Source: Epiperipatus broadwayi (Eukaryota > Animalia > Onychophora). Taken from it: 64,000 nucleotides of DNA. The stretch covers positions 9,734,001 through 9,798,000 of the forward strand of contig JAQFVV010000007.1 of assembly GCA_028023455.1 (NCBI GenBank), given 5' to 3'. Shown in pieces: positions 29,211 to 40,275 of the stretch. Below the pieces are notes generated by a model. That model did no database searches, had not been told where the DNA came from, and worked only from the letters and a program-made list of their open reading frames with translations. A program made the translations under genes and the position numbers. The stretch's first letter is position 1. Each line of letters begins with the position of its first letter.

Positions 29211-30866
29211 TATAACAGGGCTGAGTTCAAACCCTGTTTTAAGTCAGAGGGTAATACTACCGAGCATACATATCTAATTAAATCAAAAGTAATGTTAAGT
29301 AAATTGCTATTTTTCTTTTTCGTTGTGGTCTTGTATGCGAGCGTATACATATATATTTAAGTAATTAAATAAAAAAACAGATTGAAATATAAGAGGGACG
29401 GGGGATTATATGGTTTGTGCTCTGATATTTATTTATATGCGTGTTTATATTGCTGCATGAGTGAGTAAATGTAATAATTTCGTAAAAAGGAATAAAAGTT
29501 ATTTTAATTTAAAAAGAAATATTCCAAGATGGTCGACTAAAAGAAGAATGTTACAAATTATAAAAAAATTAATTAATTGCAAAGAAAGGACCCGAAAAGT
29601 TGCAGATCGCTATCTTGAGACAAAGACATTTTTAATTAATAAAATAAAATGTTAAAAATAAAAGACAATGAACGGTCAAGTGTAGATCGCAAGATAAATT
29701 GGAAATTCCTAAGCTTAGATAAGAGAAACAAAAGTATTGAAAAGATTTTTGTTTCGCAAACCACGTGATTTAATGAAAGAAGAAAGAACAATAGTATAAT
29801 TAATTAGATTCGAGAAAGCTGAACTTAGAGGGACTTCTAGAGCTGTGATGAGCAGGATCATAAAAAAAAGTTAGTAAAAAGAAAAAAGTTTATAATCGAA
29901 AAATCATGAACAGGCTGGGGTAGAAGAGCAGAACGGGCCAGGCTATGCCATCCATCCTGCGGAGAGACTACCGTCCCTGTAAATGTAGGAGCGAAGCCCT
30001 TCTTCAAACTATGAAAAGAACAGCCTTCACCGGACGCCATTGATTGCCTTATGGAAATTGACCAAAAAAAGAAATCTTTTAATCGTATAGCTAATAATCT
30101 ACACCCGGGTGAGATAAACGAGGTAAACCAAACATTTTCGTAAGTGATAATAACTATTTTGAATGAAAGCACGCCCTATTAAATAATGCGTAAAAGGGCT
30201 AAAGTAATGAAGAAAATGTTGAAATAATACCCTGTATAAATATACGCCTTAATAGACAATGCCTGATTGAAATTATTTTCAAGCTATGATCTGTATTTTT
30301 GTGTATTGCATTTATAAACTTGTGCAAGTGTATTTACATGCAGGTTATTTAATTATTCGGGCACAAACCAATATCCAATTATGGGATTCTATGGGTTTTG
30401 TTTTATTATTTCTTTTATATTAATAAATATTAATTAGTATTATAAATTTAATTGTGTGTGTTAGTGTTAATTTCTTAGAATATTAAAAAGCAAAAAGTAG
30501 GAAAGCAAACGAATCGTTCATGCGCTACATGCGCATTTTTATATGTTCCCTCCACCTCTTTCCCACGGTCACCGACTACTACCCCTGAGTGAACTGGTCA
30601 GAGGTACAAGCTTTAACCACCAGAAATAGATACTCGTCCTCTCCCAGCATAATTCTTATTTATTCGTAGGTAAGATTGGCGCTTGAGGTCATTTTGATGC
30701 TCATAAATATGCTGGGCGAGTAATTAGAGGGCATCGCAAAACCAACCACACATATATGTGTTCATATTATAAATTTCTGTTAAATAAAAGAGCAAAACTT
30801 AAGTTTAAAATACAAAATAAACGTATATCACATATATACGTGTTTACGCCAGAATAAACTGTTACA
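29211..30866 (+). repeat. 5' LTR of gypsy 1
   Basis: Starts TATAACAG, ends CTGTTACA (7/8 inverted repeat); about 97% identical by eye to 36219-37880. Confidence 0.95.
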
Positions 30867-30867
30867 A

Positions 30868-30887
30868 TGGCGCACCAACAAAGGAGC
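30868..30887 (+). promoter_or_regulatory. Primer-binding site of gypsy 1 (tRNA-Lys-like, imperfect)
   Basis: TGGCGCACCAACAAAGGAGC lies 1 nt after the LTR end and resembles the tRNA-Lys PBS TGGCGCCCAAC. Confidence 0.75.
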
Positions 30888-31279
30888 TTTCGAAGAGCGG
30901 AAAGTAGAGGAGGGGGATAGAATATAAGTTAGATAAGACAGTCTATTATGGAGTTTTGCTATATATATATTTTTTTTATATAAAAAGGAAAGAAATACAG
31001 TATAAGAGCTATAAAATATAGCTTGTGTAGATGAATTATTGCTGGTAGTTTTACTTTGTCTGTATTGAAATTAATTAGGTTAAAATCACATTCGAATTAA
31101 TATTTTAGTATATATATATATGTATGTATTGAACAGTCTGTGGAAATTTTGTTGTTTGATTCGAAAAGAAATAATATTATATATGAGAGTTTTATTTTCT
31201 GTTTAAGAGTTTTCTTATTGTGTTAAATATTTAACTGCTTTGACATTTACAAAAGTGAATAAATAAAACTTTCGTAACT

Positions 31280-31654
31280 TTTTATTTGATATAATTAAGA
31301 GTGATCAATTTTAGAAAGCAGTATATTGACTACGTTATATATGAACTCGTATATATATACATCTAAACAATACATACAAATTTTTTTTTTGGATCCGTTT
31401 CATATATATATATGTATGCGATTAGGAGATTGATATTTGTGGAACAGTTTTACCCATAAAAGGGCATGTTTTATTTGATATAATTAAGAGTGATCAATTT
31501 TAGAAAGCAGTATATTGACTACATTATAAATGAACTCGTATATATATACATCTAAACAATACATACAAATTTTTTTTTTGGATCCGTTTCATATATATGT
31601 GTATGCGATTAGAAGATTGATATTTGTGGAACAGTTTTACCCATAAAAGGGCAT
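31280..31654. repeat. Two-copy ~189-bp tandem duplication in the gypsy 1 leader
   Basis: tttatttgatataattaagagtgatc...cccataaaagggcat starts at 31281 and again at 31470, with few differences. Confidence 0.93.
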
Positions 31655-31904
31655 ATTATAAAACACTGCTAGTGCTAGAAATCTATGAATTTGTTCTGAA
31701 CAAGTTAATATTTTGGTTTGATAGGCAAAGTAACAAGAAAATACTAATCGTCTCGGTGAAAAATAGAAAGAAACAGATTAAGGAATAGGGTTGAAAAGAG
31801 CTAGATAGAAAAATTAGATAGAGGACACAGTACTTCGGGGATGGAGAGCAGGTCTGGTACGTCTGATATAGAAATAGTAATATAATATCTAAAAAGGGAG
31901 TCAG

Positions 31905-33675
31905 ATGGAAGGGGTGAAAATAAAAAAGTACAGAGGGGAAAAGAAGGAGTGGCCAATAGAGCATATTAAAAGCATACAAAGATATTTTGATACCCATGGA
32001 ATATCAGAGAAAGATAAAGTAATAATAGCATGCCACCACTTTGAAGGATATACTGAGGTTTGGTGGAATTCACTTTTACACCAGCCACAGACATTCCCAG
32101 ATTATAAAAAGGGTTTGAAGAAGGCCTTCTGGAGGAAAGAGCTGCAGGAGCACATTAGGGTCCAGTTAATGAAAGAGAAGTTTCAAGAAAATAATGGAGA
32201 AGAATATGTACATTTTTTCAGGAGACAGGTGGCCACGCTAAAAACACTGGAAGCATGCAGACTGACTGAAAAACAGATTCTAAGAATAGTGTGCAGAAAT
32301 CTACCAGAGGAAATCAGCTGGGTGATAGAAGTAAGGAGGGAGAAAACAGTGAAAGCGGTAGATAGACTATTGAGTCAGATGGAGGTAAGTAAACAGATGA
32401 GGCAAATTTATGAGCAAGGATTGACATCAGGAGAGCAGACAGGAATTCATGGAATAAGAAAACGATATGGACAAAAGAAAAGGGAAATAGGAAATCTAGT
32501 GTGTTCATGGGAAAACAGAGTCCCAGGTTCTGCATGTCAGACATGCCCCAAAATTCACACAACAGTGAATCAAATCGAGATAGAGGCCCTTTTGGATTCG
32601 GGTAGTCAGGTTTCGGTGATAGCAGAAAGACAATACCACAGAATGGGGAAAGAACAATTGGATATACCTACACTACCATTGAAAGCAGTTCATGTAACAG
32701 TGGCCAATAATCGAAAAGCCAAGATTGAGTCCAAACAAATATGGCTAGATTAGGGGTCCCCAACCTTTTTGCACTTAAGAGCACATTCCATAATACCGGC
32801 CAGGTGGCGGGCACCATTTATTTTTTCAGCTAGGTGGCGGGCACCATTTATTTTTTATCTGGACATAATTGCTGAGATATTCTTGACTTCGTTTACGGAG
32901 AAGCCACAGTTCATCACATCACATCACATGTAAATTTATAGTTGGATATTGTTAATAATACACATAATGTACAAAAAAATATTTATTTCAAAAATTAAAT
33001 TTTAACATATAATTGACGTTTATATTTTTACGCTGTAAAAGTATAGTATGCCCTACAATTTGATTACAATATAATACAATAATTCATAAAAAAAATTCAA
33101 AAATTAAATTTATTTGTATCAGATAATTAATTTTTTATCGTGTTCGGATAGCGCTGGGCACACATAAAATGGTCTGCGGGCGCCATGGTGCCCGCGGGTA
33201 TAGGGTTGGGGACCCCTGGGGTAGATATTAAAATTGATGGAGAAAGTTGTCCGCACGTCTTTTTGATAATAAAAGACTTGATATGCGACATTTTGTTAGG
33301 GTCAGATTTTTTGCAAAAATATAAATGCACTTTGGATTATGAAGGCAGGCAAGTCACGTGTAAAGGGAAGGTAGTTAAATTTCTGAGTGAGGGTTTACAT
33401 AGGTCAGTCGGGGCATTGTGCACGGTGGAAGACCGCACAAATGACATCATTATGGAAAGGGTACGAGAGGCAAAGATGGCCACGGGAAGTTGGGAAAGCA
33501 CATTGATGCAAACATTGCAAGAATACCATCAAGTTTTCTTTGACAAACCGGGAATAATACCGGATTTTGAACAAAGGATTAGAGTAAATGAAAACCAACT
33601 GTTTAAAGCCAGGTCATACCCTGTTCCTTATAAATATCGCACCGAAGTGAAAAAGCAAATAGACCAGATGGTTGA
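31905..33675 (+). pseudogene. gypsy 1 gag plus aspartic protease, interrupted by a hAT MITE
   Basis: Retrotransposon gag motif (HFEGYTEVWW), protease ALLDSGSQVSVI. Removing 32751-33226 restores the in-frame KQIWLD-IKIDGE...ILLGSDFL. Confidence 0.9.
32751..33218. mobile_element. hAT-family (Charlie-like) MITE, 468 bp
   Basis: TIRs TAGGGGTCCCCAACC / GGTTGGGGACCCCTG (14/15); 8-bp TSD ggctagat/gggtagat; subterminal GCGGGCACCA motifs at both ends; internal 30-bp duplication at 32801-32860. Confidence 0.93.
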
Positions 33676-34905
33676 ATGGGCATTGTTTCAAAATGCTCAT
33701 CAGCTTACTGCAACCCGTTGGTGGTCGTGAGGAAGAGAGATGGTACAATCAGGCTGTGCCTTGATGCGAGACAACTGAACAAAATAACCATTCCCGATTG
33801 CAATGTTCCGCCACCCATACAAGAACTTTTGGGAAGATTCAAGGGAAAAAGAATATTTTCAACGTTTGACTTGACTACTAGTTATTGGCAGATTAAGCTA
33901 CACCCAAATGACTGTAAATATACCGCGTTTCGATATGAAAGTTATTCATATCAGTTCAACCGAATGCTGTTTGGTTTAATTAACAGTGGGGCCGGATTGC
34001 TATGATGTTTGGATCAGGTGTTATCCCCTGAAGTAAAAGAGATGAACATGATGTACATGGACGATATGTTAGTGGCATCAGATACCATAGAAGAGCATAT
34101 AGGGCATATAACAATGTTTTCAAAGGAGTGCAAGGAAAAGGGGATTAAAATAAACTTAAAAAAAAGTACATTACTTCAGGAAGAGGTTACGTTCCTAGGT
34201 CATATGGTAGGAGCACAAGGTATTAGGCCCCACCCTGATAAGGTCTCAGCCATTAGAGACTTTCCAGCACCCAGATCCAGGAAACAAATACGGTCCTTCC
34301 TTGGCTTGTGCAACTTTAACAACCGGTTTCAGGAACGATTTGCAGAACAAATGGAACCCTTGGTGAGGCTAATGAGGAAAGATGTAAGGTGGGAGTGGAA
34401 AGAGGAACAAGAACAAGCCTTCGAAAGGGTGAAGGCAGGATTTATTGAACATGTAGTGTTGGCATTTCCCGATTTTGAGAGGCCGTTCGTGGTGCAGATG
34501 GATAGTAGTGGGTATGGTTTGGGAGTAACAGTGTCACAAGTGCAAGCGGATGGTCAGATAGGGGTGTTGTATTTCCTGAGCCGATTGATCAAGGGACCTG
34601 AACTCCATTATACGGCAACTGAAAAGGAAGCTCTAGTAATTGATTGGGCTTTCCAAAAACTTCGTACACTCTTGTTAGGATCAGAAGTCATTGTGGTCAC
34701 TGACCACAAAAATTTGGAATTCATCAACCACAGTTACTTAACCAATAGTCGGTTAGTACGCTGGAGTTTATACCTCCAAGAATATAACTATACAGTGAGG
34801 TATTACAAGGGTTCGGAGAATATAGTGGCAGACATTCTCAGCAGGAACCCTATACCTTTAAAATCTCAACATTTGCAGACAGAAATTTATATATTGTTGG
34901 TGTGA
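33676..34905 (+). pseudogene. gypsy 1 RT and RNase H
   Basis: RLCLDARQLN, DLTTSYWQI, YMDD, FLGH, RSFLGLCNF, DSSGYGLG, TDHKNL, NIVADILSR. Frameshift near 33676; in-frame TGA at 34003-34005. Confidence 0.95.
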
Positions 34906-35085
34906 GCTCGGAAATGGATGGGGTTGAAAATGACCTTAAACAGCTGGCTCAACGCCAGAGACAAGACGCTCAATTGAAACAGGTAATTGAGTACATGGAG
35001 GATGGGGTGACCAAGGTTGTAGGTTGGTATGAACATAGGATTGGACGTTGCAAATTAGAGGGATCCACACTTTCAATATAAAGTC

Positions 35086-36134
35086 ATGAACAACCTAAAA
35101 GAATGGAGGCCAATCATACCTAGACAGATGACAGAGGCAGTGGTAACTGATGTCCACCAAGCCTATGGACACTATGGGGTGTGGAAGACCGAACATTGGC
35201 TCAGGAAATGGTTTTATTGGCCCGGCATGCATGCTGAAACAGTTGCTGTCATTGGCCAATGTGAAATTTGTCAGACAGCCAAACCAGCAAACAGAAATTA
35301 TGCAGCTCCAATGACATCCATAATACCAAAGAAACCACGGGAGATGGTAGCAGTGGACTATTATGGTCCATTGCCAGCGTACAATAAAAAGAAGTATTTG
35401 TTGGTGGTATATGATTTGTTTTCCAAATTCGTGGCTGCATACCCAATAGCTCAAGCAAATACAAGGAACACAATACGTATATTGGAAAAAGAACATTTTC
35501 CATTAGTGGGGAAACCCCAGATTATCCTCTCTGATCATGGGACTCCATTTACATCTGGAGAATGGGGAAGATGGGTACAGAGATCAGGGATCCGACATAT
35601 ACTGACGTCCATCCGGAACCCTCAATCAAACCCATGTGAACGAGTGATGCGCTAGCTGGGTAGATTGTTCAGAACTTACATCCCCACCAACCATAGAGGT
35701 TGGGTCAAAAAAATTAGTGAGATGAGTATATTAATTGGGCAGTAAATGAATCAACGGGATTCTCTCCTATACGGTTGCACTGCGGCCGTGATGCTCCTCA
35801 ATTAATACCGGATAATCTGTCAAAAAGTGAGGAAAACTCAGTAGATCCTGAAAGTGATCAAAGACAGGCGTATCGCAACCTCATAAGAAAAAGCCAGAAG
35901 CGGAATAGAATGCTAATGAGATATCATAGGTTCAAGGTGGGTGACTGGGTGTTGATAAAGACACCACATGTAAGTGAGCCAGGGAAGTTCATATGTAAAA
36001 AATTCTGTAATTTGTATGAGGGTCTGTTCAGCATTGTGAGATGTCGGGGAAATCACGCGTTTTGGGTAGACACTGGACAGGAAATAAAGGGATCATATAA
36101 CGCTCGATCACTCAAACCCGTACCATCAGAGTAA
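35086..36134 (+). pseudogene. gypsy 1 integrase
   Basis: HHCC (HQAYGH...CEIC), VAVDYYGP, LSDHGTPF, SNPCER, and C-terminal YEGLF (GPY/F-like). Stop at 35653 and later frameshifts. Confidence 0.93.
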
Positions 36135-36202
36135 TAACTAGAATTATTTTGGGGTTTTAGGAGTGAGCCATCTAAATACTAAAACGGTATTTAAAGGCTT
36201 TC

Positions 36203-36215
36203 GAAGAGGGGGGGG
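36203..36215 (+). promoter_or_regulatory. Polypurine tract of gypsy 1
   Basis: GAAGAGGGGGGGG 3 nt before the 3' LTR. Confidence 0.9.
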
Positions 36216-36218
36216 TAT

Positions 36219-37880
36219 TATAACAGGGCTGAGTTCAAACCCTGTTCTAAGTCAGAGGGTAATACTACCGAGCATACATATCTAATTAAATCAAAAGTAA
36301 TGTTAAGTAAATTGTTATTTTTCTTTTTCGTTGTGGTCTTGTATGCGAGCGCATACATATATATTTAAGTAATTAAATAAAAAAACATTGAAATATTAGA
36401 GGGACGGGGGATTATATGGTTTGTGCTCTGATATTTATTTATATGCGTGTTTATATTGCTGCATGAGTGAGTAAATGTAATAATTTCGTAAAAAGGAATA
36501 AAAGTTATTTTAATTTAAAAAGAAATATTCCAAGATGGTCGACCAAAAGAAGAATGTTACAAATTATAAAAAAATTAATTAATTGCAAAGAAAGGACCCA
36601 AAAAGTTGCAGATCGCTATCTTGAGACAAAGACATTTTTAATTAATAAAATAAAATGTTAAAAATAAAAGACAATGAACGGTCGAGTGTAGATCACAAGG
36701 TAAATTGGAAATTCCTAAGCTTAGATAAGAGAAACAAAGAAAAGAAAAGTATTGAAAAGATTTTTGTTTCGCAAACCATGTGGTTTAATGAAAGAAGAAA
36801 GAACAATAGTGTAATTAATTAGATTCGAGAAAGCTGAACTTAGAGGGACTTCTAGAGCTGTGACTTCCATGAGCAGGATCGTAAGAAAAAGTTAGTAAAA
36901 AGAAAAAAGTTTATAATCGAAAAAACATGAACAGGCTGGGGTAGAAGAGCAGAACGGGCCAGGCTATGTCATCAATCCTGCGGAGAGACTACCGTCACTG
37001 TAAATGTAGGAGCGAAACCCTTCTTCAAACTATGAAAAGAACAGCCTTCACCGGACGCCATTGATTGCCTTATGGAAATTCACCAAAGAAATAAATCGTT
37101 TAATCGTACAGCTAATAATCTACACCTGGGTGAGATAAACGAGGTAAACCAAACATTTTCGTAAGCGATAACTATTTTGAATGAAAATACGCCCTATTAA
37201 ATAATGCGTAAAAGGATTAAAGTAAATGAAGAAAATAATACCCTGTATAAATATATGCCTTAATAGACAATGCCTGATTGAAATTGTTTTCAAGTTATGA
37301 TCTGTATTTTTGTGTACTGCATTTATAAACTTGTGCGTGTGTATTTACATGCAGGTTATTTAATTATTCGGGCACAAACCAATATCCAATTATGGGATTC
37401 TATGGGTTTTGTTTTATTATTTCTTTTATATTAATAAATATTAATTAGTATTATAAATTTAATTGTGTGTGTTAGTGTTAATTTCTTAGAATAATATTAA
37501 AAAGCAAAAAGTAGGAAAGCAAACGAATCGTTCATGCGCTACATGCGCATTTTTATATGTTCCCTCCACCTCTTTCCCACGGTCACCGACTACTACCCCT
37601 GAGTGAACTAGCCAGAGGTACAAGCTTTAACCACCAGAAATAGATACTCGTCCTCTCCCAGCATAATTCTTATTTATTCGTAGGTAAGATTGGCGCTTGA
37701 GGTCATTTTAATGCTCATAAATATGCTGGGCGAGTTATTAGAGGGCATCGCAAAACCAACCACACACATATGTGTTCATATTATAAATTTCTGTTAAATA
37801 AAAGAGCAAAACTTAAGTTTAAAATACGTAATAAACGTATATCACATATATACGTGTTTACGCCGGAATAAACTGTTACA
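36219..37880 (+). repeat. 3' LTR of gypsy 1
   Basis: Follows the PPT, has the same termini, and is followed by atatatatat. Confidence 0.95.
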
Positions 37881-40235
37881 ATATATATATACATTAAATT
37901 GGTTTAACTCGCTTGAAGTAGTTGTATCATTATGGTGAAATACTATGCAATTGTAATTCATTAAAATCCATATTAATAAAGCTACTAAGATATTTAAACT
38001 GATGTACAACTTTCAACCCAATAACCATTGAAACTAAAAGTTATTATTATTATTTTTTTGTTACTGATAAGAGCATCTAAGTTTTCTAAATACCAATTAT
38101 TAAACTGAATTCTTTACTGATAGCATTTAAATCATGAAGTACATTCTGTAGGTCATACTTTGAATTAACAAGAGTAGCATAATTGTCAACATGTTATAAG
38201 TCTAAAAATCAAAAAGATGAATTTTTTATTTTTGCTTTTAATCATTTCAAATCTATGAAAACAACAACTCAAGTCTATACTGACTTTTAGCAATTGCTAT
38301 TTTCTTATACTAGTATTGAAAAAATGGAAAATAATGGTGAAACTAATTCCCACCCTGTTTAACATGAGTAATAATATTTACTTTCTTGCCAACAAGTAGC
38401 ATCTGTATATTATAAACTTTTACGGACAATCATCTATTTTCAAAACACATAAGAAACCAAACCATAAATACTTAGATCAAATGTCTTAAACAAATCAATA
38501 AAAGCAGCATATAAATCAACTACTTGTTTGAGATACTTTTTTGCATTATTATGGAAAAAAAAAAAAAAATCATATTTACAGCACATCATAGTTTAAAACC
38601 ACAATACAGCTTCTCAATTAATCAAATACCTTTGACTTAAAAGCAATCTATTCAATAAATCTAGAAAATGGTTTTGCTATAGTGGATAATGTTATTCTCC
38701 TCAATAATTATTGCAATCTTTACTATAACCATTATAAATTGAAACAATGGAAGCATTCTTCAAGTTCGTTCAAATTTTCAATAGTTATAAGGCTAAAATC
38801 TCAGCAAGGCATATTAAAAACTTCTGCCAATATTCCAACAGAACTGGCAGATTTTCTCTTTCTATGATTATAAAAAGCTGTATTAATCTTGCTGGAGATC
38901 TTTACTTAAATAAGCCAATAGAAAAGATATAACATTAAATACAAACTATGAATTCTTGTATCATTATTTAACATGTAATCAAGATAAGAAAATACTTCAT
39001 CTGATCATATATCATGTAAAAAATGTTTTAACCACTGATTTAGTATTTGATATTTTCAATGCGTTAAAAATTAAATCTAAAGTAACTGTAATCAGAAAGT
39101 GGCTATCGTTTTTATAATTTTAATCCATCCACGATTCTCAAGACTTTTCGTCAGTCATTAAACATATCTTCGAATTCCTATACTACTTAAGAAATCTCAA
39201 ACTCACTTTATTATTCGATTACACAGACAATGCCTTGTTTTTTTAATACATTCATTAGTAATATAATCAGCATCAAAGAACCAGCGGGGATTTTTCCTTT
39301 TAGTAAACTAAGACAATCTTACTCATAATCACAACACACTTTTTATGAGATCTCTATAAATCAGCAATATATGATCAAAAATGAAATTTCTACATATATT
39401 TTAAGAAGTTCAAGAAGGAAGCAAAATAAAAATTTAATAAGAATAGCTACTATTTTATTAACAAAAATATTTCTTTTAAAAAATTCAATAGTTTTAATGT
39501 GACTGTTGAATAATTCCATTTAGGTCCTATTCTTTACCATTACTTCAACAGTTAATCATAACTTGCTTTCCAACTGCACTTTCTTAATCTTTTGTCACAT
39601 GATCTACTTCCATTACTTTAGTATTATTTGCATTTATACTCATTACAATTTTTCTTCAAAGTCTGTCAAATTTATATAACATTTTCTTGGAAGTTTATCC
39701 TGCAAATACTGCAATATCTTCGTAAGTTTTTTTTTTTTTTTAAAACCGCATATATAAAGTACAATTTCCTCTCATTATTGATTCTATATTTATCAAAACA
39801 ACCTATTTAATAAAATATTAACAGAACAGTTACATGCCCTGCATGGTTTCCAGTAATAGAGTGACAGACTTTGAAGCATAAGCTCCTCAGACGGATTCCA
39901 GTTCTGGTGCTTCTAGCACTGGAAGTTCTTATGAACTTCCGAGCAATTATTATTAATCACTTACATCATATTCTTTTCATTTCAAGATTCAATGAGTGTA
40001 TCCTTTTTTTCACGTCCACAATTATTTTTTTATTTTGATATATTCAAAAGTAGATTGATGTAAGTAGATAATGCACTATTATGATTACAAGATAACAATA
40101 CTTGATCACCATCAATGATAAGTTTATTGTTGCAACCTTAAAATACTATATTGCTAATATAAAAAAAATAATATAGACACACTTTTATACACATAGTATG
40201 GTGCATTTCGACATATTTTACAACTTTAATAAAAA

Positions 40236-40275
40236 TAGATAACAGTTTCGACTGTCCAACAGTCTTCCTCAGAGA
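40236..40275 (-). ncRNA. Minimal hammerhead ribozyme motif, core intact, stem I degraded
   Basis: Minus strand CTGAGGA-A-GACTGT-TGG-ACAGTC-GAAA-C-T-GTT. Confidence 0.65.

Larger units (their letters stand above)
29211..37880 (+). mobile_element. Ty3/gypsy LTR retrotransposon 1, full length, defective, antisense in PI3K intron
   Basis: Paired ~1.66-kb LTRs, PBS, PPT, domain order gag-PR-RT-RNaseH-IN, no env. Inserted in an (AT)n tract, so the TSD is compatible with ATAT. Carries stops and frameshifts. Confidence 0.97.
28400..39400 (-). mobile_element. Old decayed LINE split by the gypsy 1 insertion (parts ~28400-29200 and ~37890-39400)
   Basis: Right part: KSASSVGILAEVF (~38830), DCNNY (~38710), DLYAAFIDLFKTFD (38473-38517), VHQFKYLS (~37990). 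Left part continues with LPTLACGS (~29165-29187). The order is colinear with LINE RT. Confidence 0.65.

Noticed and set aside
29461-29655. 64-aa basic ORF present in both gypsy 1 LTRs (also 36467-36661)
   Set aside because: It starts at GTG and has an AT-driven composition; its conservation simply reflects LTR identity.
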